DNA from: an uncultured Selenomonas sp.
GTDB lineage: Bacteria > Bacillota > Negativicutes > Selenomonadales > Selenomonadaceae
Assembly: GCA_902766095.1 (NCBI GenBank)
Contig: CACXCN010000043.1
Location: 70 to 64,069, forward strand
DNA length: 64,000 nt
Direction: 5' to 3'
The position numbers and the translations under genes were made by a program. The notes under the pieces were generated by a model that did no database searches, was not told where the DNA came from, and saw nothing but the letters and a program-made list of their open reading frames with translations. Position 1 is the first letter of the stretch. The number at the start of each line of letters is the position of its first letter. Shown here in pieces: positions 1-9,027 of this stretch.

Positions 1-2
1 TG

Positions 3-77
3 AGCCGCACGAAGAAACATCTGCTGAAGAAGATCCGTCAGGCTATGGGTGGATCCATCAGTGGTATCCTGTTCTAA
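3..77 (+). CDS. 3' end of an unidentified CDS entering from the left edge (...SRTKKHLLKKIRQAMGGSISGILF*)
   Basis: Frame 3 is open from the window edge to TAA at 75-77. A hairpin plus T-run follows immediately. Only 24 codons are visible and no domain is recognisable. Confidence 0.3.
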   Translation, partial: SRTKKHLLKKIRQAMGGSISGILF

Positions 78-100
78 GACTCGGGGATGAGTCTTTTTTT
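77..100 (+). terminator. Rho-independent terminator
   Basis: AGACTC/GAGTCT stem with a GGGGAT loop, followed by TTTTTTT. Confidence 0.7.
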
Positions 101-116
101 ATTGGCTGCGCATAGC

Positions 117-155
117 AAAAAGAGCTGTGGACGATGGTTGTCCACAGCTCTTTTT
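117..155. terminator. Bidirectional hairpin terminator
   Basis: AAAAAGAGCTGTGGAC ... GTCCACAGCTCTTTTT: a perfect 16-bp stem with an A-run on one side and a T-run on the other. Confidence 0.7.
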
Positions 156-172
156 AGTTACGAATATTTTGG

Positions 173-462
173 GGGCCGATTTGGCGTTACGGCTCGAGTG
201 TTTTTAGGAGCTCGCCACCCCCACCACCGCTAGCGCGGTCCCCCTCCCCCAAAGGGGGATGCTTGTTGGTGGGCCGATTGGGTGTTACGGCTCGAGTATT
301 TTTTGAAGCTCGCCACCCCCACCACCGCTTGCGCGGTCCTCCTCCCCCAAAGGGGGATGCTTGTTGGTGGGCCGTTTTGGCGTTGCGGCTCGAGTGTCCT
401 TTGAAGCTCGCCACCCCCACCACCGCTTGCGCGGTCCCCCTCCCCCTTTGGGGGATGCTTGC
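173..462 (+). repeat. Tandem array, about 3 copies of a 98-bp unit (the right half of the ~300-bp intergenic element family)
   Basis: GGGCCG(A/T)TT unit starts at 173, 271 and 369 (period 98). Each unit carries CTCGCCACCCCCACCACCGCT.GCGCGGTCC.CCTCCCCC(A/T)(A/T)(A/T)GGGGGATGCTTG. The array ends 4 nt before the codY stop codon. Confidence 0.9.
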
Positions 463-465
463 ATG

Positions 466-1701
466 TTATTCGTGGTTGGCGTAGATGTTCTTTATGATGT
501 CTATATCTTTGAAGCTCTTGCTCTTTTTCTTTTCTTTGGCTTCGCGCTCCTCTTCGAGGCCGTCGGCCAGGTATTTGTTCACGATCTCGATCTGGGTGCC
601 TTTCATGCCCTGGGATTCTGAGGTGATGACACCGGCGGATTCCAGTTTGCGCAGGGCGTTCACGATGACGGAGCGCGTGACGTTCACGGCGTCAGCGACG
701 TCGGAGGCTACGATCAGATGCGGATCGAGCTCCGTGTAGCGGTATTTGAATTTCCGGCCCTGCATGCGGCACAGGCGCTCCTCGGAGTCCTCGAGGTAGC
801 CGAAGTCATGCTCGAAGTCCTCCCAGAAATCATCCCAGAGGTTCTTGCCCTGTCCATCGGCCCAGAGGCTTTCCTCTCTGTCTTCCCGCTGGACTTTCAT
901 CTGGCGCCAGATATCGCGGTTCTGCAGGAACTTGTTCCAGTGGATGCGGTATTCCTTGCGCTTCTTCTCTTTCTCGTCGATCTCCGGGACGTAGCATCTC
1001 TTGTACCACTCGTCGCAGCTCTCGAGGAATTTGCTCCAGCTCTTGCCCTGGGCCTCGAGCTCTGCCCGCTTCTTGACGATGCGGTCGACCTTTGCTTTCT
1101 CCTCGAGCTCCTGGCATTTCATCGTATAGCAAATGCCGAGAGCGGCCTTCTGCTCGGATGGCGAAAGGGTGCCGATGGCTACCTCGACGGTGGCTTTCTG
1201 CTGGGCATCGGCTTTCGCACGCTGCGCCTGGTCGCGGAGCATCTCCATGCCGACGACGGTGGCGCCGTACTCAGCCAGCACGAGGTCGTCATCGTCGAAC
1301 TCCTCGTCGTATTTCGCGATGATGAGCGTGCCGATGCGCGAGCCTACGGCATAGATCGGGACGATGGTCGTATTCTTGCCGTTGAACATGCATTTCGTGT
1401 CTTCCTCGAACGCGCACATGCCGGATTTCGAGCGGAGATTGGCCTCGGTCTCGTCGATGCGGTTCATCCAGTGGACGTAGTGCCGCGGGAAAGCGTTCGC
1501 ACTGATCACTTTCTTGACCATGAGGTCGCATTCGAAATCATCCTGGAAGGCGTAGCCGTAGATCTCGCCCTCTTTGCTCACGAGGTAGACATTCGCATCG
1601 ATGACATCGCTGAGGACGCGGGCTACGCTTTCGTAGGCCACGTTCGCCGAGCGCTGAATCATGCGATTCATTTTGCGTGTTTTGCTGAGCAGACTAGACA
1701 T
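466..1701 (-). CDS. codY: GTP/BCAA-sensing global regulator CodY, with a ~130-aa insertion in the C-terminal wHTH domain and a Lys/Glu-rich tail
   Basis: N-terminal GAF-like region. The C-terminus ...LIVASDVADAVNVTRSVIVNALRKLESAGVITSESQGMKGTQIEI closely matches the CodY wHTH signature. Sits immediately downstream of hslVU, as in Bacillus. Start ATG at 1701 with GGGAG 7 nt upstream; the ORF-track start at 1719 overlaps this RBS. Confidence 0.85.
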   Translation of the reverse strand: MSSLLSKTRKMNRMIQRSANVAYESVARVLSDVIDANVYLVSKEGEIYGYAFQDDFECDLMVKKVISANAFPRHYVHWMNRIDETEANLRSKSGMCAFEEDTKCMFNGKNTTIVPIYAVGSRIGTLIIAKYDEEFDDDDLVLAEYGATVVGMEMLRDQAQRAKADAQQKATVEVAIGTLSPSEQKAALGICYTMKCQELEEKAKVDRIVKKRAELEAQGKSWSKFLESCDEWYKRCYVPEIDEKEKKRKEYRIHWNKFLQNRDIWRQMKVQREDREESLWADGQGKNLWDDFWEDFEHDFGYLEDSEERLCRMQGRKFKYRYTELDPHLIVASDVADAVNVTRSVIVNALRKLESAGVITSESQGMKGTQIEIVNKYLADGLEEEREAKEKKKSKSFKDIDIIKNIYANHE

Positions 1702-1813
1702 GTATATTCTCCCTTTCAAAATGTGTATTTAGCTTTGTTCATATCTTTATTTTAACACATTTTGAACAACAATAATAGTCAGTATTTTTATTTTTTTACC
1801 ATTATAGTAAAAA

Positions 1814-3247
1814 TTACAGGATAAACTGCGAGAGATCGCGGTCTACAGCGATGTCTTTCAGCTTCTCGTCGACGTAGGCGGCGTCGATCACGACATGCTT
1901 GTCCTCGAGGTCCGGCGCCGAGAAGCTGATTTCCTCGAGCAGTTTCTCGAGCAGCGTGTGCAGGCGGCGGGCGCCGATGTCCTCGGCGGTCTCGTTCACC
2001 GTCTCAGCGAGCTCGGCGATGCGGCTCAGGGCCTCGGGCTGGAACTCGAGGTCAACGCCCTCGGTCGCGAGCAGGACCTGATACTGCTTGATCAGGGCGT
2101 TCTCCGGCTCGGTCAGGATGCGCTCGAATTCCTCTTTGTGGAGGGATTTCAGCTCGACGCGGATTGGGAAGCGGCCCTGCAACTCGGGGATGAGGTCGGA
2201 CGGCTTCGCGGTATGAAAGGCGCCGGCGGCGATGAACAGCACATGGTCGGTCTTCAGCGGGCCGTATTTCGTCATGACCGTAGAACCCTCGACAATCGGG
2301 AGGATGTCGCGCTGGACACCCTCGCGCGAGACGTCGGCACCGCCCGAGCTGCCGTTGCGCACGGCGACTTTGTCGATCTCGTCGAGGAATACGATGCCGC
2401 TGCGCTCAGCGATCTTCAACGCCTCGGTGGCGACGGCGTCCATGTCGATGAGCTTGTCGGCTTCTTCCTGAGCGAATATGGTGCGGGCCTCGGCGACCGT
2501 GACTTTGCGCTTCTTGTGATTTTTCGGCATGAGGTTGCCGATCATGTCCTGGAGGTTGTCCCCCATGCCCTCGAGGCTCGAGCCGGCGAACATGCCGACC
2601 ATGGGCTTGCTGCTCTCCTCGACGTCGATCTCTATGGTCTCGTTCTCGAGCTCGCCTTTCGCGAGGCGCTTGCGCACCCATTCGCGGCCGGCCTGGAGTT
2701 TCGGCTGATCGTCCTCGGACTTTTCCTCGTCGTCGCTGCCGCCGAAAAGCTTGCCGAGCGGGTTCTGGGTCTTGCGCGGCTCGGGTACGAATACGTCGAG
2801 GATGCGCTCCTCGGCGAGACGCGCGGCCTTGTCCTTTACGGCCTCCATGCGCTCGTTGCGAACCATGCGCACGGCCATCTCGGCCAGGTCGCGCACGATG
2901 GAGTCGACGTCGCGGCCGACATAGCCGACCTCGGTGAATTTCGTGGCCTCGACTTTGACGAACGGGGCTTTGACGAGTTTCGCGAGGCGGCGGGCGATCT
3001 CGGTCTTGCCGACGCCGGTCGAGCCGATCATGAGGATGTTCTTCGGGATGACCTCGTCGCGCATGGCGCCCTTGAGCTGGCGGCTGCGCCAGCGGTTGCG
3101 CAGGGCGATGGCGACAGAGCGCTTGGCCTGCTCCTGGCCGATGATGTATTTGTCGAGCTCGGCGACGATCTCGCGCGGAGTCTGTTCGTTCACACCGAGC
3201 ATGAGGTCGGCGGTTTCCGGATTGTCTTTCTCTATATCCTGAGCCAT
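1814..3247 (-). CDS. hslU: ATP-dependent protease ATPase subunit HslU
   Basis: [20 protein letters not shown]; Walker [16 protein letters not shown]; FLDEIDK. Overlaps the hslV stop (TAATG). Confidence 0.95.
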   Translation of the reverse strand: MAQDIEKDNPETADLMLGVNEQTPREIVAELDKYIIGQEQAKRSVAIALRNRWRSRQLKGAMRDEVIPKNILMIGSTGVGKTEIARRLAKLVKAPFVKVEATKFTEVGYVGRDVDSIVRDLAEMAVRMVRNERMEAVKDKAARLAEERILDVFVPEPRKTQNPLGKLFGGSDDEEKSEDDQPKLQAGREWVRKRLAKGELENETIEIDVEESSKPMVGMFAGSSLEGMGDNLQDMIGNLMPKNHKKRKVTVAEARTIFAQEEADKLIDMDAVATEALKIAERSGIVFLDEIDKVAVRNGSSGGADVSREGVQRDILPIVEGSTVMTKYGPLKTDHVLFIAAGAFHTAKPSDLIPELQGRFPIRVELKSLHKEEFERILTEPENALIKQYQVLLATEGVDLEFQPEALSRIAELAETVNETAEDIGARRLHTLLEKLLEEISFSAPDLEDKHVVIDAAYVDEKLKDIAVDRDLSQFIL

Positions 3248-3792
3248 TACTCGAGTACCTCCACTTTTATGTTGTGATTCGTGTAGACGCAGATGTCAGC
3301 GGCGATATTCAGCGCCTCCTGCGCGATGGACTGGGCATCCATATCGGGGGCGTGCTTCACGAGCGCCCGCGCGGCGGACAGCGCGTAAAAGCCGCCGGAA
3401 CCGATGGCGGCGACGTCGCCGTCCGGCTCGATGACTTCGCCGTTGCCGGATATGAGCAGCATCGTGCTTTTATCAGCGACGAGCAGCAGCGCCTCGAGGT
3501 TCTTCATCATCTTGTCGGTGCGCCATTCTTTCGCGAGGCTGACGGCCGCGCGCTCGAGTTTGCCGTTGCATCCCTCGAGGTAGCTTTCGAACTTCTCGAA
3601 CAGGGTGAAGGCGTCGGCGACCGAGCCGGCGAAGCCGCTGATGACTTTGCCATGGTAGAGGCGGCGGACTTTCGTGGCGTTGGCTTTCATGATGGTGTGC
3701 TCGCCGAATGTGACCTGGCCATCGCCGGCGATGGCGGTCTGGCCGCCCTTGCGCACGGCGCAGATGGTGGTGGCATGGAATTCATTAGGCAT
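3247..3792 (-). CDS. hslV: ATP-dependent protease subunit HslV
   Basis: N-terminal [10 protein letters not shown]...AGDGQVT (Thr nucleophile), 181 aa, directly upstream of hslU. Confidence 0.95.
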   Translation of the reverse strand: MPNEFHATTICAVRKGGQTAIAGDGQVTFGEHTIMKANATKVRRLYHGKVISGFAGSVADAFTLFEKFESYLEGCNGKLERAAVSLAKEWRTDKMMKNLEALLLVADKSTMLLISGNGEVIEPDGDVAAIGSGGFYALSAARALVKHAPDMDAQSIAQEALNIAADICVYTNHNIKVEVLE

Positions 3793-3835
3793 TTATTCTC
3801 AACTCCTGCAATTCATGTATAGGTTTTCTGATCGA

Positions 3836-5200
3836 TCACAGGCTGCCGCGGAATTCCTCTAGCGAAGAAAGGGCACGGGCGGCCAGAGCCTGCTTCTTTT
3901 GCTTCTTATCGCGAATCTTCTCGGACAGCAGCGGGAGCAGGCCGAAATTGATATTCATGGGCTGGAAATGGCGGGCCGGACCGGCGCTGGCGTCGCCCGG
4001 TACGACGTTCGTCGTGATATAGCGCGCGAGAGCGCCGTGGCAGGTCTCAGCCGGGAACACGAGCGGCGCGAGGCCCCGAGCCAGGCGGGCGGCATTGCGG
4101 CCCGCGATGAGGCCGGAGGCGGCCGACTCCACATAGCCCTCGACGCCGGTCATCTGACCGGCGAACAGCAGGTCGGGTGTGCCCCGCAGCTGCATGGTCG
4201 GCTCGAGATGCGCGGGCGAATTGATGAAGGTGTTGCGGTGCATGACGCCGTAGCGCAGGAACTCGGCCTGCTCGAGGCCCGGGATCAGGCGGAATACGCG
4301 GCGCTGCTCGCCCCATTTCAGATGGGTTTGGAATCCGACGATGTTATACAGCGTGCCCTCGGCATTGTCCTGACGCAGCTGGACGACCGCGTAGGGCCGC
4401 ACGCCGGTCACCGGATGCTCGAGGCCGACCGGCTTCAGCGGGCCGAACAGCATCGTGCGCGGACCGCGGGCAGCCATGACCTCGATGGGCATGCAGCCCT
4501 CGAAAATCTTCAGCTTCTGAGCGGAAGGGGCAGCAACCGGCTCATCGAATTCGTGCAGCGGTGCCGTCTCGGCGTGGACGAGCTCGGTGTAGAAGCGCTC
4601 GTACTCCTCGCGCGTCATCGGGCAGTTGATGTAGGCGGCCTCGCCCTTGCCGTAGCGTGAGGCACGGTAGGCCTTCGTCATGTCGATGGACTCGAGGCTG
4701 ACGATCGGGGCGGCGGCATCGTAGAATGACAGGGAGTCATGGCCGATGAGCCCGGCGATATCCTCGGCGAGGCGGCCAGCCGTCAGCGGGCCGCTGGCAA
4801 CGATGGTGATGGCGTCGGGCTGGCGCGGGATGCGCTCGACCTCCTGCGCGACGACCGTGATATTCGGATGCCCCTTCACGAGTTCTGTCACGCACTCCGA
4901 GAAGCCATGCCGGTCGACCGCCAGTGCGCCGCCAGCCGGCACGCGCGTAGCGTCGGCGGCCTGCATGATGACGGAGTCGAGGCGGCGCATCTCTTCCTTG
5001 AGCACGCCGACCGCGTTCTCGAGTCCGGCACCGCGCAGCGAGTTGCTGCAGACGAGCTCAGCGAAGCCGCCGGTCTTATGCGCCGGAGTCAGCTTCGCAG
5101 GACGCATCTCATAGAGAGTGACATGGCACCCAGCCTGCGCCGCCTGCCAAGCCGCCTCCGACCCAGCAAGGCCAGCACCGACAATGATGATTTCCTTCAT
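3836..5200 (-). CDS. trmFO: Methylenetetrahydrofolate-tRNA-(uracil-5-)-methyltransferase TrmFO (Gid)
   Basis: [17 protein letters not shown]...LYEMRP...AELVCSNSL. 454 aa, positioned between topA and hslV as in Bacillus. Confidence 0.95.
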   Translation of the reverse strand: MKEIIIVGAGLAGSEAAWQAAQAGCHVTLYEMRPAKLTPAHKTGGFAELVCSNSLRGAGLENAVGVLKEEMRRLDSVIMQAADATRVPAGGALAVDRHGFSECVTELVKGHPNITVVAQEVERIPRQPDAITIVASGPLTAGRLAEDIAGLIGHDSLSFYDAAAPIVSLESIDMTKAYRASRYGKGEAAYINCPMTREEYERFYTELVHAETAPLHEFDEPVAAPSAQKLKIFEGCMPIEVMAARGPRTMLFGPLKPVGLEHPVTGVRPYAVVQLRQDNAEGTLYNIVGFQTHLKWGEQRRVFRLIPGLEQAEFLRYGVMHRNTFINSPAHLEPTMQLRGTPDLLFAGQMTGVEGYVESAASGLIAGRNAARLARGLAPLVFPAETCHGALARYITTNVVPGDASAGPARHFQPMNINFGLLPLLSEKIRDKKQKKQALAARALSSLEEFRGSL

Positions 5201-5219
5201 TATATATGTATCCTTTCAT

Positions 5220-5516
5220 GCCTTCCCCTGAGGGGAAGGCTTCGTAATACAAGCTGCCCCCCTTGGGGGAAGTGCCGAGCGCAGCGAGGCGATAGGGGTG
5301 GCGAGGCGCTGAATTGCGTTGCGGTCACACATTGACAGGCCGGCTAACTAAGATTTTCAACTCGTGGGCCGTTTTCGCTTTAGCACTCGAGTATATTTAT
5401 TAGCTCGCCACCCCCACCACCGCTAGCGCGGTCCTCCTCCCCAAAGGGGGGATGCTTCACTCATCGCTACATCTCATCCACCGCTAGCGCGGTCCTCCTT
5501 CCCCTGAGGGGAAGGC
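5220..5516 (+). repeat. Intergenic ~300-bp composite palindromic element, copy A
   Basis: Bracketed by GCCTTCCCCTGAGGGGAAGGC palindromes (5220-5240 and 5497-5516). Internal imperfect inverted arms of ~45-50 nt. Near-identical blocks are shared with 9028-9350 and 42575-42890, and with the 98-bp units at 173-462. Confidence 0.85.
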
Positions 5517-5526
5517 TCCATATTTA

Positions 5527-7782
5527 CTACTTCTTCGCCTTTTCCTGAGCCTCTTTGGCCTGTTTCGCGTTCAGGCGGGCTTTTAGTTTGGCTATTTCTT
5601 CGTTGATCGGGTTGTCGATGCGGGTCTCGCAGGCGTCGTTGCTGCAGTATTTGAGTCGGCGGCCGTTCTTGTAGTGGTGCTCGAGCATGAAGGAGCCGCA
5701 TTTCTCGCATTTCTCCTGCAGCGGAGTATCCCAGGTCGTGTAGTCGCAGTCCGGGTAGTTCTCGCAGCCGTAGAATTTCCGGCCGCGGCGCGATTTGCGC
5801 TCGACGATCTTGCCGCCGCATTTCGGGCATTTGACGCCGGTATCGATGAGCAGCGGCTTCGTGTTGCGGCACTCCGGGAAGCCCGGGCAGGCCAGGAATT
5901 TACCGAAGCGGCCTTGTTTGATGACCATCATGCGGCCGCATTTCTCGCATTTCACATCCGAGACCTCGACCGGCAGCTCGACATGGCCGATGGCTTCATC
6001 GGCTTTCTCGAGCGTCTGCTCGAAGGGTCCGTAGAACTCGCGCAGCAGGTCGTTCTTGTTGATCTTGCCCTCGGCGATCTCATCGAGTTCGTTCTCGAGA
6101 TTGGCCGTGAATTTCACATCGACGATATCCTGGAAATATTTCTCGAGCATGTCGACGACGACGAATCCGAGCTCGGTCGGTTGGAAATGTTTGTCAACGC
6201 GCTGGACGTAGCCGCGCGTCTGGATGGTGTCGATGATCGGCGCATAGGTGCTCGGGCGTCCGATCTCTTTCTCCTCGAGCGTCTTGACGAGAGAAGCATC
6301 GTTGTAGCGCGGCGGCGGCTCGGTGAAGTGCTGCTCGGGCAGCGTTTTCTCGAGCTTCAGCGCCCCGCCCTCAGCCAATTCCGGCAGGATGACATCTTTC
6401 GCTTTCTTCGTCGTGTCGGCACCGGCGTATACTTTCGTAAAGCCGGGGAATTTCAGCTGGGAGCCGGCGGCACGCAGCGTGTAGCGCTCGCCGCCCTTTA
6501 TGGTGACGCTGACCGTATCGTAGATGGCCGGTGTCATCTGGCAGGCGGTGAAGCGCTGCCAGATCAGCGTGTAGAGCTTCAGCTGGTCGCGGTTCAGATA
6601 GGGCTCGACGGACTCCGGCGTACGCTGGACGTCCGTCGGACGGATGGCCTCATGGGCATCCTGAGCCTTGTGCCCCGTGGCATAGATATTGGCCTTGGCC
6701 GGCAGGTAGTCGGCACCGTACTGCTCGCCGATGAAATCGCGGACCTCGCTCAGCGCGAGATCGGAGAGGCGCGTCGAGTCCGTACGCATGTACGTGATGA
6801 GACCTGCAGCCCCGCCGTGGCCGAGCTCGATGCCCTCATAGAGCTGCTGGGCGACCATCATCGTGCGGCGCGAGGTGAAGCCGAGCTTGCGCGCAGCATC
6901 CTGCTGCAGCGAGCTCGTCGTGAACGGTGCGGACGGGCGCTTCTGGCGCTCGCGCTTCTTCACCTGGCTGACGGCGAATGACTGCTGCTCGAGGTCGGCG
7001 ACGAGTTTCTGCGTGGCCTCGGCATTGCCGAGCGACAGCTTCTGGCCGTCGACCTGTGTCAGCTCGGCCGTGAACATCGGAGATTTGCCGGCCCGCATCT
7101 TCGTGGTGACGGTCCAGTACTCCTCCGATTCGAATGCCTGTATCTCCTTCTCGCGGTCGCAGATGAGCTTCACCGTGACCGACTGGACGCGGCCGGCCGA
7201 GAGGCCCTTGCGTATCTTGCGCCAGAGCAGCGGCGACAGCTTGTAGCCGACGATGCGGTCGAGCATGCGGCGCGCCTGCTGGGCGTCGACCTGGTCCTCG
7301 TTGATGGAGCGCGGATGCTTCACGGCCTCCTGGATGGCCGGCTTCGTGATCTCGTTGAAAACGATGCGGCAGTCGGCATCGGGGTCGAGGCCGAGGATGT
7401 AGGCCAGATGCCAGGCGATGGCCTCTCCCTCGCGATCCGGGTCGCTGGCGAGATAGACTTTGTCGGCATTCTTCGCGTCCTTCTTCAGGGCTTTGATGAG
7501 GTCGCCCTTGCCGCGGATGTTTATGTATTTCGGAGTGAAATCATGCTCCACATCGATGCCGAACTGGCTTTTGGGCAGGTCGCGCAGATGCCCCATCGAG
7601 GCACGCACCATGTATTTGCGTCCGAGGTATTTCTCTATGGTTTTCGCCTTGGCGGGCGACTCGACCACGACCAGGGTTTTCTTGGCCGGCTTGCGTTTCG
7701 TCTTCGTCTTCCGCGCCGGCTTCTTGGCCGGAGTAGTCTTCGCTGCGGCAGTCTTTGCTGTGGCTGTAGCCAAAAATATCAC
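5527..7782 (-). CDS. topA: DNA topoisomerase I
   Basis: TOPRIM VVVESPAKAKTIEKYLG; catalytic-Tyr region GLITYMRTDS; three C-terminal C4 zinc ribbons (CEKCG...CPGFPEC, CPKCG...CENYPDC, CEKCG...CSNDAC). The GTG start overlaps the dprA stop (GTGA). Confidence 0.95.
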   Translation of the reverse strand: MIFLATATAKTAAAKTTPAKKPARKTKTKRKPAKKTLVVVESPAKAKTIEKYLGRKYMVRASMGHLRDLPKSQFGIDVEHDFTPKYINIRGKGDLIKALKKDAKNADKVYLASDPDREGEAIAWHLAYILGLDPDADCRIVFNEITKPAIQEAVKHPRSINEDQVDAQQARRMLDRIVGYKLSPLLWRKIRKGLSAGRVQSVTVKLICDREKEIQAFESEEYWTVTTKMRAGKSPMFTAELTQVDGQKLSLGNAEATQKLVADLEQQSFAVSQVKKRERQKRPSAPFTTSSLQQDAARKLGFTSRRTMMVAQQLYEGIELGHGGAAGLITYMRTDSTRLSDLALSEVRDFIGEQYGADYLPAKANIYATGHKAQDAHEAIRPTDVQRTPESVEPYLNRDQLKLYTLIWQRFTACQMTPAIYDTVSVTIKGGERYTLRAAGSQLKFPGFTKVYAGADTTKKAKDVILPELAEGGALKLEKTLPEQHFTEPPPRYNDASLVKTLEEKEIGRPSTYAPIIDTIQTRGYVQRVDKHFQPTELGFVVVDMLEKYFQDIVDVKFTANLENELDEIAEGKINKNDLLREFYGPFEQTLEKADEAIGHVELPVEVSDVKCEKCGRMMVIKQGRFGKFLACPGFPECRNTKPLLIDTGVKCPKCGGKIVERKSRRGRKFYGCENYPDCDYTTWDTPLQEKCEKCGSFMLEHHYKNGRRLKYCSNDACETRIDNPINEEIAKLKARLNAKQAKEAQEKAKK

Positions 7783-8885
7783 TCCCTCCCTGCCCGCCGG
7801 TAGGCGTGCAGCTCGTTTTCTTCTATGTATCCTTTCATCTCCATCTGAAGCAGGATGAACGAAAGGCTGGCTATCTCGATCGTATCAGGCAGGCTCATCA
7901 CGATCTCATCCATGGACAGCGGATGCTCGTACGACAGCACCTGATAGACACTCCGCTCCTCCGGGGTGAGGTTCAGGCGCCGGCGCGCCGGTGGCGGCGG
8001 TGCGGACCGACCGTAGTCGCTCAGCACATCGTCAGCGTTCTGGATAAGCTTCGCGCCCTGCTGGATCAGGTAGTGGCAGCCGGCACTCGTCGGCGAGTAG
8101 ATGCTGCCCGGCACGGCGAATACATCGCGCCCCTCCGCGAGCGCCATCTCGGCCGTGATGAGCGAGCCACTGCGCCGGGCAGCCTCGACGACGATCGTCC
8201 CGCGCGATAGTCCGGCGATGATGCGGTTGCGCGCCGGGAAAAAGACCGGCAGCGGCTGCGTCCCGGGCGCATACTCGGAGATCACGGCGCCCTGAGCGGC
8301 GATCTGGTCGAGCAGTCGCCGGTTCTCACGCGGATAGGCGATGTCGATGCCGCAACCGAGCACGGCGACCGTGCGGCCGTCCTTCGCCTGCAGCGCACCG
8401 CGATGCGAGGCGCTGTCGATGCCGCGGGCCGCGCCGCTGACGACAGTCACGCCGGCGGCTGCCAGCTGCTGGCCGATCTGCTTGGCCACGCTTTCGCCAT
8501 ATGGGGTGAAGCGGCGCGAGCCGACCATGGCAATGCGCTCCGCCTCAGGCTGCAGCGTCCCGCGATAGTAGAGGACGACCGGCGCATCGAATATTTCCTT
8601 CAATATATATGGGTAGTCATCATCGAGCAGCGTGACGAGCTGCCCGCCGCAGCGCTGGCAGTCGTCGTATAGCTTCTCCGGCAACGATTCATTGTCACGC
8701 CGCCAGGCCACTACCCGCTGCGCCAGCTGCTCGCCGAGCTGCCCGCAGTCACGCAGAGCCGCAACGTCGCTGTCCCAGAGCGCCGTCACGCTGCCCAGTC
8801 CCTCGAGGGCCTGACGCAGCCGCCGGCTCCCCATCCCCTGACAGCGCGCCAGCGCCGCCAGCCTGTATCGGTCAGTATCTGTCAT
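7779..8885 (-). CDS. dprA: DNA-processing protein DprA (Smf)
   Basis: GSRRFTPYGESVAKQIGQQLAAAGVTVVSGAARGIDSASHRGAL Rossmann core. Start ATG at 8885 with GGAGG upstream; the longer ORF-track N-terminus is Cys-rich and implausible. Confidence 0.9.
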   Translation of the reverse strand: MTDTDRYRLAALARCQGMGSRRLRQALEGLGSVTALWDSDVAALRDCGQLGEQLAQRVVAWRRDNESLPEKLYDDCQRCGGQLVTLLDDDYPYILKEIFDAPVVLYYRGTLQPEAERIAMVGSRRFTPYGESVAKQIGQQLAAAGVTVVSGAARGIDSASHRGALQAKDGRTVAVLGCGIDIAYPRENRRLLDQIAAQGAVISEYAPGTQPLPVFFPARNRIIAGLSRGTIVVEAARRSGSLITAEMALAEGRDVFAVPGSIYSPTSAGCHYLIQQGAKLIQNADDVLSDYGRSAPPPPARRRLNLTPEERSVYQVLSYEHPLSMDEIVMSLPDTIEIASLSFILLQMEMKGYIEENELHAYRRAGRE

Positions 8886-9000
8886 GAGTCCACGCCTCCA
8901 TATCAACAACGTGATTCCCCAACTATGACAAACTACATTACAATCACATATATTACATAATATAGTAGGAAAATGCAAGTCGAATAAAGAAAAGCATACA

Positions 9001-9027
9001 AAAAGGGCTGTAAAAACAGCCCTTTTT
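9001..9027. terminator. Bidirectional hairpin terminator
   Basis: AAAAGGGCTG-TAAAAA-CAGCCCTTTTT. Confidence 0.7.

Noticed and set aside
173-462. Possible CRISPR array
   Set aside because: The units are contiguous 98-bp repeats with no unique spacers. There are no cas genes. The unit is part of a dispersed element.
187-621. Three overlapping ORFs (187-423 minus, 263-484 plus, 361-621 plus) with PPPP/GGGG/RWWGW-type peptides
   Set aside because: They lie entirely in the 98-bp tandem array, repeat the same peptide because the DNA repeats, have no RBS, and are open in several frames at once. They are repeat artefacts.
730-1119. Intein or mobile insertion in codY
   Set aside because: There is no Cys/Ser/Thr at the N-terminal junction, no His-Asn at the C-terminal junction, no endonuclease motifs, no flanking repeats and no compositional break. 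It is treated instead as a lineage-specific protein insertion.
1702-1813. CodY box or sigma-A promoter in the hslU-codY gap (TATAAT at about 1790; ATTTTGAAA near the RBS). A CodY-box-like AATTAACGAAAAAATT also lies upstream of deoD (about 11459-11474).
   Set aside because: The -35 partner is poor and the CodY-box matches are only about 10/15 to AATTTTCWGAAAATT. That is too weak to call without a PWM scan.
718-3277. Long plus-strand ORFs antisense to codY and hslU (718-1755, 1895-3277)
   Set aside because: These are mirror-frame shadows of high-GC minus-strand genes. They are Arg/Leu/Ala/His/Asp-rich with no motifs or RBS, and the opposite strand has unambiguous homology.
5474-5872. 132-aa minus-strand ORF spanning the right end of repeat copy A and the topA 3' end in another frame
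   Set aside because: It overlaps the well-supported topA frame and starts inside a non-coding repeat.
8886-8978. Extended N-terminus of dprA (MHFPTILCNICDCNVVCHSWG...). Similar extensions occur on the FAD protein (13825-13926), the tolC-like gene (58172-58291), the zinc-ribbon ORF (21847-21990), the OMP-like ORF (47735-47791) and the Pro/Ala-rich protein (50969-51070).
   Set aside because: In each case an internal ATG or TTG with a good Shine-Dalgarno sequence at 6-9 nt begins the conserved or signal-peptide part. The upstream codons run through terminators, repeats or the preceding gene.
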